In this document: positions 55,413 to 64,000 of the stretch, piece after piece
Layout: the number at the start of each line of letters is the position of its first letter
Position numbering within the stretch: position 1 is the stretch's first letter
Source of the DNA: an uncultured archaeon
Lineage (GTDB): Archaea; Iainarchaeota; Iainarchaeia; Iainarchaeales; CAZILS01
Direction of reading: 5' to 3'
Length of the DNA: 64,000 nucleotides
NCBI GenBank assembly: GCA_964540145.1
Contig: CAZILS010000002.1
Location: forward strand, 61,601-125,600
The notes under the pieces: generated by a model
Seen by the model: only the letters and a program-made list of their open reading frames with translations
The model's database searches: none
Told to the model about the DNA's origin: nothing
Made by a program: the position numbers and the translations under genes

Positions 55413-56317
55413 TACTCATCCGCCTCAAATATTCTTCCCTGCCGCAAAAATTCCCATTCCTTGTCAACTATTGCCTGTATCTCAGTTATTTGTTTTTTTG
55501 TCAGATGCTTATACCTTCCCTGCGCCTTAAGCGCCTTCTCGACCGGAATAAAATCAGGCTCAACAGTAATCTTCAGCTTTTTGCCAGTAACCTCGTAAAG
55601 CGGCCACATCCCGCTCCTCACCATCAAGCCGGCAACTTCCTTCCCTTTATTTTCCCCGATTATCCATCCGGGAATGCAGGGCGCTAATAACTCAACATAC
55701 TTCATCCCCTTTAGCTTCGATGCCCTTTTCAGTTTGTTCATGTAATCAACAGGGTGCGAGGTGCTTCCTGTCGCCGCATAAGGGATATTATGCGAGAGCA
55801 TTATTTTCACCATGTCCTTTCTCTTTTGCGGATTGCCGCTCGCTATGTGGTTTCCGGGAGTCGTGTTTGTCTTTGCATACTGGGGGGTTGCTGTACTGTC
55901 CTCAAACCCGGTGTTCGCAAAAACCTCGTTATTATAACAAACGTAAATTATGTTCTCGTTCCTTGAGGCAATTCCCGACAAAGACCCTATCCCAATATCA
56001 TAGGACGCGCCATCCCCCGCATAAGGAACTATATTCACATTCTTCTTCCCCTTTGCCTTAAGCCCCATGTAAATTCCCGAGGCGGTTGAGGCCGCATTCT
56101 CTATTGCGTTGTGCACCCACGGCACTTTATATGGCGTGAAAGGATAGTTTGCCGTCAGGGTCATGCACCCCGCCGAATTAATCATGATGGTATTTTTGCC
56201 CAATGCCTTCAACGTAAATTTAATTCCTGTCACGGGCTGGCATCCGGAGCAGGCGAAAGTCCCTCCCCCGATAAGCCAGCCGTCCTTCATTTTCCTTATC
56301 TCGGCTACATCATCCAT
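55409..56317 (-). CDS. porB: Pyruvate:ferredoxin oxidoreductase beta subunit
   Basis: 302 aa. TPP-binding YAGDGASYDIGIG, an N-terminal Cys motif, 4-nt overlap with acdA. Confidence 0.85.
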   Translation of the reverse strand: MDDVAEIRKMKDGWLIGGGTFACSGCQPVTGIKFTLKALGKNTIMINSAGCMTLTANYPFTPYKVPWVHNAIENAASTASGIYMGLKAKGKKNVNIVPYAGDGASYDIGIGSLSGIASRNENIIYVCYNNEVFANTGFEDSTATPQYAKTNTTPGNHIASGNPQKRKDMVKIMLSHNIPYAATGSTSHPVDYMNKLKRASKLKGMKYVELLAPCIPGWIIGENKGKEVAGLMVRSGMWPLYEVTGKKLKITVEPDFIPVEKALKAQGRYKHLTKKQITEIQAIVDKEWEFLRQGRIFEADEY

Positions 56318-57444
56318 CTTCTCACCTCTTTCTTCGCAGAAAGGGCATCCTTCAGCACCTTCTTGAAATCACCCAATGAAACATTCTTTCCCCCAAGCCC
56401 CGCAATGTAACTTGAAATAACCGGCCCCGAACCGCACAAGGCTGCCTTGATTTCAGGATACATTATTCCGCCTCTTCCGGGAGCAAGGTTCTGGTCGACA
56501 ACCGCAATGCTCTTTATCCCCCCCAATGCCTTTGCAATTTCCTTTTCCGGCCACGGCCTTATAACCCTCAGCCTTAGCATCCCGACTTTCTTCCCCTCTT
56601 TCCTCAATTCGTTAACGGCAATCCTTGCGGTGTTTGAATTTGCTCCCATAACAACAATGGCGGCCTTAGCGTCCCCCAGCCGATAGGCCTCAAACATCCC
56701 GTACCTTCTCCCGGTAAGTTTGGCCCATTCCCCCTGCACCTTCTTTATCACGCTTACGGAATCAAGATGCGCCTTCTGCATCTGCGACCTAAAATACATA
56801 TACTCCTCAAGAACCGGAGTTCCCAATGTCATCGGCTTCCCGGTATCAAGCCTGACATCAAGCTTCAGCTTTGGCAGGAACTTATTCACCAACGCCTGAG
56901 AAGGAACATCAACCTGCGTCCTTGTGTAGGACTGTATGAAACCGTCCATGTTGACAAGCGAGGGCAGCATCAGCTTCCTGTTCTCCCCTATCTTAAAACT
57001 CATTATTATCGAGTCCAAAAGCTCCTGGTTGCTCGCACTTATCGCCATCAGCCATCCGGAATCTCGCATCGCGAGGAAGTCGTTGTGGTCGGCCCACAAT
57101 GTAATAGGCGCACTCAGGCCCCTTGCCCCATTGACCATTGTAACAGGCATCCTGTTTCCCGAAACAATGGGGAGTATTTCATGCATAAGCATAATTCCCT
57201 GCGAGCTCGTTGAAGTGAAAGTTCTTGCCCCCACCATTTCGCTGCCAAGTGCCGCACTCAAAACCGAATGCTCACTGTCAACTATATTAAACTCCCCCTT
57301 GAATTTCCCCGTAGCTTTCCACTCCGCTATCAGGTGAAGAAGCTCTGTCTGCGGCGTTATAGGGAAACAAGGAAAACTTTCCACTTTCGCAAGCACCATC
57401 GCATAGGCGCATGCCGCATTCCCGTCCAACAGCTCTATCGCCAT
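56305..57444 (-). CDS. porA: Pyruvate:ferredoxin oxidoreductase alpha subunit
   Basis: Start taken at MAIELLDGNAACAYA (57444). The track ORF extends upstream through porD in another frame. Typical FPITPQTEL motif. Confidence 0.85.
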   Translation of the reverse strand: MAIELLDGNAACAYAMVLAKVESFPCFPITPQTELLHLIAEWKATGKFKGEFNIVDSEHSVLSAALGSEMVGARTFTSTSSQGIMLMHEILPIVSGNRMPVTMVNGARGLSAPITLWADHNDFLAMRDSGWLMAISASNQELLDSIIMSFKIGENRKLMLPSLVNMDGFIQSYTRTQVDVPSQALVNKFLPKLKLDVRLDTGKPMTLGTPVLEEYMYFRSQMQKAHLDSVSVIKKVQGEWAKLTGRRYGMFEAYRLGDAKAAIVVMGANSNTARIAVNELRKEGKKVGMLRLRVIRPWPEKEIAKALGGIKSIAVVDQNLAPGRGGIMYPEIKAALCGSGPVISSYIAGLGGKNVSLGDFKKVLKDALSAKKEVRRWMM

Positions 57445-57734
57445 GCTTTCACCCGCTTCATTTCGATACATTTCGCAGGGCAGTACTCGGCGCAAACCCC
57501 ACAGCCCTTGCATATCGTGTAATCGCTTCTTGTGGTGCCGTCCTTGTTTATCTTGATTGCAGTATCGGGGCAGAGCACCCAGCACATGTGGCACTTGATG
57601 CACTTATTCTTGTCGATGACAGGCTTGAAAGCCGCCCAGCTCCCCCTGAAAGGTATGTTTTTTCCCGAAACCGAATGGGGCACCCCCTTTTTTCCTTCGT
57701 TCTTCAAATGCGACTCATTAATCAGCCTGCTCAC
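57435..57734 (-). CDS. porD: Pyruvate:ferredoxin oxidoreductase delta subunit (2x[4Fe-4S] ferredoxin)
   Basis: 99 aa. CIKCHMCWVLCP and CKGCGVCAEYCP. Confidence 0.85.
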   Translation of the reverse strand: MSRLINESHLKNEGKKGVPHSVSGKNIPFRGSWAAFKPVIDKNKCIKCHMCWVLCPDTAIKINKDGTTRSDYTICKGCGVCAEYCPAKCIEMKRVKAWR

Positions 57735-58261
57735 TTTGCCACCTCTTTATAGCAAACCTTCGCAGCCCCAAGGTTCTTCCCGATAATGTCCTTTGGGAGC
57801 TTTCCCAACTCTATCCTAATCGCCTTCTCCATCTCCTCCAATCCTGTGAAAGGGGCAAGCTTTGTAAAGGCGCCAAGCATCGCAACATTTGCAATTGCCT
57901 TCCCGGTAAGCCTCAACGCAACCCCTGTCCCGTCAACCGAATAATGGTTCTTCCTTCTTTCCTTTTTCCGGCCCGAGTTGAACAGAACAACCGTTTCCTT
58001 CTTTTCGCCTTCCAGAATTTCTTTTGGGGCTAAGCTTTCATCAAGCACAATTATAAAATCGGGCTCTTCTATGTAGCCAACAAGGCCGATTTCTTTTTTA
58101 TCAATCCTGACAAAACTTCTTAGAGGGGCGCCCTGCCTCTCCGCACCATAAACCGCAAAATCCTGTGTCTTATATCCCGCAAGGTAGGCGGCCCTCGCAA
58201 TTATTTTTGCGGCTCTTTTAACGCCCTGTCCGCCCCTTCCGTGGATTCTAACCCCGTACAT
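57731..58261 (-). CDS. porG: Pyruvate:ferredoxin oxidoreductase gamma subunit
   Basis: 176 aa. IRIHGRGGQGV motif. First gene of the porGDAB order. Confidence 0.85.
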   Translation of the reverse strand: MYGVRIHGRGGQGVKRAAKIIARAAYLAGYKTQDFAVYGAERQGAPLRSFVRIDKKEIGLVGYIEEPDFIIVLDESLAPKEILEGEKKETVVLFNSGRKKERRKNHYSVDGTGVALRLTGKAIANVAMLGAFTKLAPFTGLEEMEKAIRIELGKLPKDIIGKNLGAAKVCYKEVAK

Positions 58262-58323
58262 CGTTTATATAGGATGAGTTCTGATATATATGGGTTGCGC
58301 TAAGCGGAAATAAGCCGCTTCAG

Positions 58324-59496
58324 TTAAGGCAGGAAATCTTTCTTTTTGATTTTCTCAGGCAGGTATTTGGTTGCGACAAAGTCAAGTGACTTGTTCGCAA
58401 GGGCCTGCTGCTCTATCCTGATTTTTTGCACCAGTGCCTTCTTTAGTTCCTTTTGCCAGGGCTTGTTCTGGAACCAGGGGTAGGCCATCATTTCCTTTGC
58501 CCTCTTTATGTCCCCGTCCTTCATCCTTTCGGTCACGTTCTTCAAATCGTAATCCTCGACATCCTCCAAGGTCATCCCTATGTACTTTGCGTCCGGGACC
58601 GCAAGCAGTGTGCTGTGCCCCGCAAGCGCCATGCTTCCCTGCTTCACAACGCTGTAAATATACCATCCGTAAGGGTCTCCGTCTGTGAACACATAAACAG
58701 GAAGCTTTTTTTCGACATGCAGCCTGTGGATAAGCCTCCTTGTTCCCCTTGCGGCCTGCCCGCCGGTACCGACCAAAATAGCCTTGTTCTTTTTTGCAAA
58801 CCCTTCCTCAACCAGCCTTTCGTACATTGCGGCTGTTTCAATAACCAAAACATATTTCGCATTGCAGTCCTTCATCTCAATTTCCTCGGGCTCTATCCTG
58901 CTCATGACGCTCCATCCGCCCCTCCCAAGTTTTGCGCAGTTGAATGTGTCGTTGTTGTGCACCTTATCCCTGAGAGTTATGTCCCCGTACAACGTTCCTT
59001 TTGGATTTGCATGGAGATTCAACTTCTCCCTAATCGAGTCAATCGAGTGCTCCAGGTCGACAATGCAGGAATCACTTTCGGTCTGGTCCTCGAACGTATT
59101 CTCCTTTGTGGTGCCCAAAGTGTGCTTAAGCTCGTAATAAATTTCCCTGATACTCGCGGTTTTCCTTTCCTTAAGGTAGTCGTGGGTCTTTGCACTGACA
59201 AGCATTGTCTGCATATACCTTCTCGCATGCCCTATGTTCAGAAACTGCCTTGTCGTAATCTTGTCCCCGAGCTCCAGCACGCCGTCCTTCTCATTAAACT
59301 TTACATTGCTCCTTCCCCGCATCTGTGTCCGGAATGTGGGTTCTTTCCCTTTCTTTATGTCGGACACTATTTCCTTAGCCATAGTCTCTATCTTCTTCGC
59401 TATGGCCTTAGGGTCTTCCTTCTCTTTGCTTATTTTAGCTTTCTTTGGTTTCACGGCGGTTTCCCCGCCCTTCGTTTTTTTCTCGGCCATAATCAT
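58324..59496 (-). CDS. top6A: DNA topoisomerase VI subunit A (Spo11-like)
   Basis: 390 aa. IREIYYEL (catalytic Tyr region), VLVIETAAMYERL, Toprim FTDGDPYGWYIY. Confidence 0.9.
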   Translation of the reverse strand: MIMAEKKTKGGETAVKPKKAKISKEKEDPKAIAKKIETMAKEIVSDIKKGKEPTFRTQMRGRSNVKFNEKDGVLELGDKITTRQFLNIGHARRYMQTMLVSAKTHDYLKERKTASIREIYYELKHTLGTTKENTFEDQTESDSCIVDLEHSIDSIREKLNLHANPKGTLYGDITLRDKVHNNDTFNCAKLGRGGWSVMSRIEPEEIEMKDCNAKYVLVIETAAMYERLVEEGFAKKNKAILVGTGGQAARGTRRLIHRLHVEKKLPVYVFTDGDPYGWYIYSVVKQGSMALAGHSTLLAVPDAKYIGMTLEDVEDYDLKNVTERMKDGDIKRAKEMMAYPWFQNKPWQKELKKALVQKIRIEQQALANKSLDFVATKYLPEKIKKKDFLP

Positions 59497-59500
59497 TCAC

Positions 59501-61240
59501 CTAGTCTGTAATTTCCTCTTCCTCGTTCCCAACATCTTCTTCCAGAGGAACTTCCTCTTCCTCTTCCCCGGAAGCCCCTTTCTCAACCCTCTTAATCGCC
59601 GCCTCTTTCCCGGCCTTGAACTCTGTGCTCCTTCTTTTGTCCTCTTCTTCCATTTCCTCGAGCTTAAGCTTGTCAAGCACAATTTTCTGCAGCTTCTTTT
59701 TCAGGCTTTCCGCATCGGCCTTCGTTATCTTTCCAAGCGCAGACGCAACTTCCGGGATGTACTTGTAGAACATCTGCCGCTTCATCAGCTTTTCCTGTTC
59801 CTTTCGTTTCCCCGCAATGTATCTCCCTGTTTTCCTTCCGCACTCCATTAATGCAAGCCTTAGCTCTTCCATGACCTCGTCCTCGTCCGCAATAGCCTGC
59901 TTGCCCGCAGAGGTGTAAGGAATATGCACAGAAATAACATTCAAGAAAACGGTGATGGGCGCATTGTCCATATCCTTTATCCCATATCTCTTCCAGTCAA
60001 CGCTCTGCACCGCCTTTGTTGTTGCACAGCCCCCTCCGTCAAACAGCAAAGGGGAAAGGTTTGCGAACCTCATAAGCTCAACTTTCTTGATAACTGCCTC
60101 GTCGTCATCGGCCTTCTTTTTAGGGGCTTCGGACATCTTTCCGGCTTTCCCCCCGTAGGCGACCGCCGCCTCAACCTGAAAGGGAAACCCCCCGCTGTAC
60201 ACTGTGGGTTTCCTTGTCACAACCGACATAAACTCGGGGCCTATTATGCTCTCAAGCGACGTTTTAATCCTGTCTTCGCCAATCGGCCTCAGGCCGTCGG
60301 TCCTTGGCGCAATGAAATTAATCTTCCTGAAGGCCCTGACAACCTCCTCGGCCTCGTCCCAGCCCATCTGCCTAGGATCCGTATTCAAATCAAAGCTTAC
60401 GTTCTCCTGTATCTCCTTGATTGCCTTGTCGCCCATCCGGTCAAAGTCATTTCTCAAAAATGAATTTGTTTTCCTTGAATCGGTTGCCTTCGCAAGTGTA
60501 ACAAGTTCATCAACCGTAATCCCTTTTGGGTGCGGTTTCATCTCCACAGGCTTCTTAGGGAGCGATTTTATGCTCCTATCAAAAGTTACCTTCTCTCCGG
60601 TAGGCTCGGTAATCGTTATTTTTGCGTGGGGGTTTGCGACAGCGGTCCTTCTCAGGTATTCGAGCGGCGCCTGGTCGCTCCTTATGTACTTCAGTTCCTT
60701 GAACCTTGCCTTTATTGCGGTTCCCCTGAACTTTGTGCCAAGTTCCTTGAGGTTAGTTATCTTCGGCTGGTTCAATTTAGGATCAATCGTAATGTCAAGG
60801 CTTATCGGGTTTCCATTTCCCGTGCCCGTAATAATCTGGCTTGTTTTCCCGGTTGTTATCTGCGAAAGCATAACTATTCCGGCGGCGCCTATTCCCTGCT
60901 GGCCCCTCATCTGTATGAGCCTGTGGAACTTTGTTCCCGCAAGAAGCTGGCCGAACGCCTTCCCGACAGTTTCCTTTGTCAGGCCGGGGCCGTTGTCCTT
61001 GACAGTAACCTCGTAATACTCGGCCCCCAATTCCTTAATCTGGATTTCTATATCGGGGAGTATTCCCGCTTCCTCGCACGCATCCAGGCTGTTTGTAACA
61101 AACTCATGGATGATTGTGGTAAATGTCCTGATTTTCCCGACAAGCCCGAGCATTTGCTTGTTCTTCCTGAAGAACTCGGCAACACTGTGCTCCTTAAAGT
61201 CCTTTGCAAGATCCTCTGCCCTCAAAATCCCGTCCGCCAT
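59501..61240 (-). CDS. top6B: DNA topoisomerase VI subunit B (GHKL ATPase)
   Basis: 579 aa. Bergerat-fold motifs EFVTNSLDACEE, DNGPGL, GQQGIGAAG. Acidic C-terminal tail GEEEEEVPLEEDVGNEEEEITD. Confidence 0.9.
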   Translation of the reverse strand: MADGILRAEDLAKDFKEHSVAEFFRKNKQMLGLVGKIRTFTTIIHEFVTNSLDACEEAGILPDIEIQIKELGAEYYEVTVKDNGPGLTKETVGKAFGQLLAGTKFHRLIQMRGQQGIGAAGIVMLSQITTGKTSQIITGTGNGNPISLDITIDPKLNQPKITNLKELGTKFRGTAIKARFKELKYIRSDQAPLEYLRRTAVANPHAKITITEPTGEKVTFDRSIKSLPKKPVEMKPHPKGITVDELVTLAKATDSRKTNSFLRNDFDRMGDKAIKEIQENVSFDLNTDPRQMGWDEAEEVVRAFRKINFIAPRTDGLRPIGEDRIKTSLESIIGPEFMSVVTRKPTVYSGGFPFQVEAAVAYGGKAGKMSEAPKKKADDDEAVIKKVELMRFANLSPLLFDGGGCATTKAVQSVDWKRYGIKDMDNAPITVFLNVISVHIPYTSAGKQAIADEDEVMEELRLALMECGRKTGRYIAGKRKEQEKLMKRQMFYKYIPEVASALGKITKADAESLKKKLQKIVLDKLKLEEMEEEDKRRSTEFKAGKEAAIKRVEKGASGEEEEEVPLEEDVGNEEEEITD

Positions 61241-61248
61241 CCTTTCAC

Positions 61249-61803
61249 CTAAAGCTCAAATCCTTTGCTATAATCTTTTTTCTTTGCGAGAAAATTGAAA
61301 ACAGTTGTGTGGGAAGCGCCTGCGATTAACATCTCGATTGCCGCCTTTGCTTTCTCAACCGCGTCCATTGAACCAATAATTCCGACAGTCCTTCCATAGA
61401 CGGAAATCTTGGCCGATGTTTCCTTTTCGATTTCTTCCCTCGCTTGTCCCCCCTTCCCTATAATCCTTCCCTTTTTTTGCTCAATTGCCTTGTCCGACTT
61501 CCCGACGTAATCTCTTAGGTCAATAATTTCAAGGTAAATGTTATCGGCGGCCAAAAGTATCGCGTTTTCTGGGGAAAATCCCCTCCCAATCGCCTTCACA
61601 ATGCTCTCGGCGAGATGCACGGGCATGAAATCATCGCTTTCCGAAGAGATTGTGGTTTCTCCGTTTTCGCTGCCAACCTCAATCCTTGTCCCTGTTTTCT
61701 CCTCTATCTTCTTTTTCACTTCCCCGCGGGGGCCGATAATCGCGCCTACCCTGTCTTTAGGTATTTTCAGTTCAGATTCTGCCATCAGCCCACACTTTTC
61801 CAT
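61249..61803 (-). CDS. Two-KH-domain RNA-binding protein (Dim2/Pno1-like)
   Basis: 184 aa. GXXG loops IIGPRGEVKKKIE and IIGKGGQAREEIE. The conserved archaeal neighbourhood is eif1a-rio1-KH. Confidence 0.75.
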   Translation of the reverse strand: MEKCGLMAESELKIPKDRVGAIIGPRGEVKKKIEEKTGTRIEVGSENGETTISSESDDFMPVHLAESIVKAIGRGFSPENAILLAADNIYLEIIDLRDYVGKSDKAIEQKKGRIIGKGGQAREEIEKETSAKISVYGRTVGIIGSMDAVEKAKAAIEMLIAGASHTTVFNFLAKKKDYSKGFEL

Positions 61804-61859
61804 TACAGTATATATATAATATATAATAATTAATTTATTACTATATTATAAAGTTTGCG

Positions 61860-62624
61860 CTAATTTTTGCGCTCTGCAGCCTCTTTTATATCCGCATAAA
61901 CCTGCTCATAACCCCCGCATGCGCCTGTTTTGGAGAAATACCTCGCAACATTCCTCACATCCCTCTCAAAGAACTCCTTGGCGTTCGGGTGCGTTGTAAG
62001 CACAGCCTGTCCAATATCTATAAGCACCAGCTCTTTTCCGCCCTTTCCCGGAGCCAGGATATTGAACTCGGAGAGGTCCGCATGCACCAGCCCCCTCCTA
62101 TAGAGCTTAGCCGCCCACCCAACCACCTCCCGATAGGCCCTTTCCAACCCCTCCTCATCGAGCTTCGCCTCTTTCAGGGTTTGCGATGCATTTCCGCCCT
62201 CGCCAATAAACTCCATAACCAGGACATTGTTCAGGAAGCCGTATGCAAGCGGGACCCTCACGCCCGCATCCCTCGCAATCTGCAAATTCTTAAATTCTTT
62301 TTTTGTCCATTCGTAAACCAAGTTCCTTTTTCCCTTTCCTATATGCTTAAACCTCAAATCCCCCTTAATATATTTTTCCATATTCTTGAAGCCGGATGTC
62401 TCCACCTTGTAAATTTTCACGGCGCGGTAATTCCCGCCTTTGTCGACGGCGCGAAAAACATGCGCCTCTTTTCCCGTGCTGACAACAAATTCGACAACAT
62501 CAAAAATTCCCTTTGTCGCGAGCTTGTGCAAAGTGTCCAAGGTTGAGTTGTCAAACACCTTCGCAAATATCCTCCTCTCATTCTCGCCCTTGATGAGCTT
62601 CCTTATGCTTAAGTCGTCTTCCAT
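61860..62624 (-). CDS. rio1: RIO-type serine protein kinase Rio1
   Basis: 254 aa. STGKEAHVF, AVKIYK, LVHADLSEFNIL, IDIGQAV. Confidence 0.85.
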   Translation of the reverse strand: MEDDLSIRKLIKGENERRIFAKVFDNSTLDTLHKLATKGIFDVVEFVVSTGKEAHVFRAVDKGGNYRAVKIYKVETSGFKNMEKYIKGDLRFKHIGKGKRNLVYEWTKKEFKNLQIARDAGVRVPLAYGFLNNVLVMEFIGEGGNASQTLKEAKLDEEGLERAYREVVGWAAKLYRRGLVHADLSEFNILAPGKGGKELVLIDIGQAVLTTHPNAKEFFERDVRNVARYFSKTGACGGYEQVYADIKEAAERKN

Positions 62625-62676
62625 AAGAACTAGATGGGGGAGCAGGTATTTATTGGTTTGTGAAGTGGCTTTGCGG

Positions 62677-63036
62677 TTACATGGCGTTCTGCATCTTGTC
62701 GAGGTAGCCCTTCCTTTTCAAATGCTCGGACTGTACCTGGGTGTATCTCCACACAACATCGGCCTTGCTTTTCTGGAACTCCCATAATTTTACAATCACA
62801 AAATCCCCCACCCTCATCCAAACCCGTTTCTTCAGCTTTCCGGGAATCCTGCAAATCCTTTCCTCGCCGTCTTCGCACATTACCCTTATGTTTGTGCCCC
62901 CGACCCTCTGTGTAACAACACCAAACATTTCAAGATCATCGCGCCTTGGAAGCTTTGTCCTCCTGACTTCATCTTCTGGGCTAATCGTGGCTCCCGGCTT
63001 TTTCTTTTTCTTGAAATTCGGTCTGTATCCCGCCAA
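62677..63036 (-). CDS. eif1a: Translation initiation factor aIF1A
   Basis: 119 aa. S1-like OB fold MFGVVTQRVGGTNIRVMCEDGEERICRIPGKLKKRVWMRVGDFVIV. Confidence 0.9.
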   Translation of the reverse strand: MAGYRPNFKKKKKPGATISPEDEVRRTKLPRRDDLEMFGVVTQRVGGTNIRVMCEDGEERICRIPGKLKKRVWMRVGDFVIVKLWEFQKSKADVVWRYTQVQSEHLKRKGYLDKMQNAM

Positions 63037-63045
63037 AATTACACC

Positions 63046-63339
63046 TCAAATCCTGAATATCTGCGCATGCGGCACTCCCGCCAGCTTAATTACATCGTCA
63101 TCCTTTATATACCCCATCTTCACGGCCGCACTGACAACCCTTTCCCCCAAAAGGTTTGCGGTTGCCGCCTCTTCCAGAGAATCCTTAAGCCACTTTGCGT
63201 CAACCGAGTCCTTTCCGTAAAATTCTTCCTTAACGGCAATCTCGTTACTGTCGCCCCCGATGAATTTACCGGCAAGTTCCCGGTCGCAGCAGGCAACAAC
63301 CTTCTGCCCCTGTATTTCGTGCATCTTTCCCTTCAACAA
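63046..63339 (-). CDS. DUF424-like small protein
   Basis: 97 aa. VVACCDRELAGKF...VPHAQIF pattern. The position next to the aIF2 beta gene is typical for this family. Confidence 0.55.
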   Translation of the reverse strand: MLKGKMHEIQGQKVVACCDRELAGKFIGGDSNEIAVKEEFYGKDSVDAKWLKDSLEEAATANLLGERVVSAAVKMGYIKDDDVIKLAGVPHAQIFRI

Positions 63340-63340
63340 T

Positions 63341-63742
63341 TCACTTCCTTATCGGGCTTACCGCACCGCAGGCTTCACACTTAAGCATCTTAACTCCGCT
63401 CTGGTCCTTGGATTTCGTGTCGGGCTTTCCGCACTCGGGGCAAAGGACAAATATTTTCACATAGTTTGTGAACATCTTGTTTATCTGGTCAGGGAAGAAC
63501 TTTCCGTTCAGCACCAGCCTCCCCTCGTTAATCGTCGCCGCGGTTCCCAGTTCCTTTGTTATGAATTTGAGAACCTGCTTTTCGTCTCTCCCCACGGCCT
63601 TCATCGCCTGCGAGAACTGCTTCACAATCGTCTTATGCCCCTGGATGTAGCTCTCCAGCCGGGGTATTTCGAACCTTTCCCCGCTTCCCTCGGCTTGCGG
63701 AAGCTGCATATACAGCCTGTCCAGCATCTTGTTGTATTCCAT
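63341..63742 (-). CDS. eif2b: Translation initiation factor aIF2 beta
   Basis: 133 aa. YNKMLDRLY start and C-terminal zinc ribbon CPECGKPDT...CEACGA. Confidence 0.9.
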   Translation of the reverse strand: MEYNKMLDRLYMQLPQAEGSGERFEIPRLESYIQGHKTIVKQFSQAMKAVGRDEKQVLKFITKELGTAATINEGRLVLNGKFFPDQINKMFTNYVKIFVLCPECGKPDTKSKDQSGVKMLKCEACGAVSPIRK

Positions 63743-63840
63743 ACTACAGTTGGGGTTGCTTCACTTTTTAAAACATAGGTTCCCGCCGTTTTTACGCCAT
63801 TTTCGGTTAATTTAATAAATCCCAAAACCCATATGATTGC

Positions 63841-64000
63841 ATGGACATAGGCCTCATGTTGGCTGCTTTCGATTCCCTTCTTCAGGGCCTTATCCAGCAG
63901 TGGGGGCTATTCGGTATATTCGTTGCCGCGATAATCGCAAACGCAACAATTTTTCTCCCGATGCCGCTTGACATCATGGTTTTCAGCCTCGGTGCGCTCT
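63841..64000 (+). CDS. DedA/VTT-like membrane protein, 5' fragment (runs off the window)
   Basis: My own translation from ATG 63841 is MDIGLMLAAFDSLLQGLIQQWGLFGIFVAAIIANATIFLPMPLDIMVFSLGAL. The frame stays open to the window end. The family call is weak. Confidence 0.4.
   Translation, partial: MDIGLMLAAFDSLLQGLIQQWGLFGIFVAAIIANATIFLPMPLDIMVFSLGAL

Noticed and set aside
57445-57603. N-terminal extension of the porA track ORF (MHQVPHVLGALPRYCNQDKQGRHH...)
   Set aside because: It overlaps the well-supported porD ferredoxin frame. PorA homology begins at MAIELLDG (57444).
61804-61859. AT-rich 56-nt stretch as a DNA unwinding element or origin
   Set aside because: It is too short and lacks flanking repeats. 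It sits exactly where the promoter of the KH-top6B-top6A genes and the terminator of rio1 are expected.

Overview
This is a 64-kb archaeal chromosomal segment, very gene-dense (roughly 90% or more coding by eye). Many stop and start codons overlap by 4 nt (ATGA or GTGA). Both Shine-Dalgarno-like and leaderless-type starts occur. I saw no rRNA, CRISPR array, transposase or integrase. The content is mostly information processing. Replication genes are Orc1/Cdc6, RFC large subunit, two PCNA paralogs, PriL, PriS, Gins51 and topoisomerase VI A and B. Repair genes are an endonuclease-IV-like, an EndoQ-like and an Mre11/SbcD-like protein. Translation and ribosome-biogenesis genes are PheS/PheT, aRF1, aIF1A, aIF2 alpha and beta, S27e, L10e, Nob1, Rio1, a Dim2-like KH protein, RNase Z, TruD, Dph2 and Csl4, with RpoL alongside. 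There is a fermentative porGDAB-acdA operon plus PEP synthase, an envelope block (S-layer-like protein, AglH-like GT4, flippase-like protein) and a 1185-aa FN3/PKD surface protein. One tRNA-Cys(GCA) is present. The streamlined layout suggests a small-genome, possibly DPANN-like, archaeon, but that is inference only. The most unusual points are these. (1) A 7-kb replisome island holds two diverged PCNA genes and an orphan 511-aa HTH/HEAT-like gene antisense between priL and priS. (2) The tRNA-Cys neighbourhood holds a divergent orphan gene pair (one split at a T6 run), a perfect 46-bp tandem repeat abutting the tRNA 5' end, and a GC-rich three-hairpin island. (3) Three GC-rich intergenic islands share short motifs. 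(4) A small CARDB-like gene is frameshifted. (5) Several housekeeping proteins carry low-complexity charged extensions. All functional calls rest on motif and family recognition by eye, because no database search was possible.
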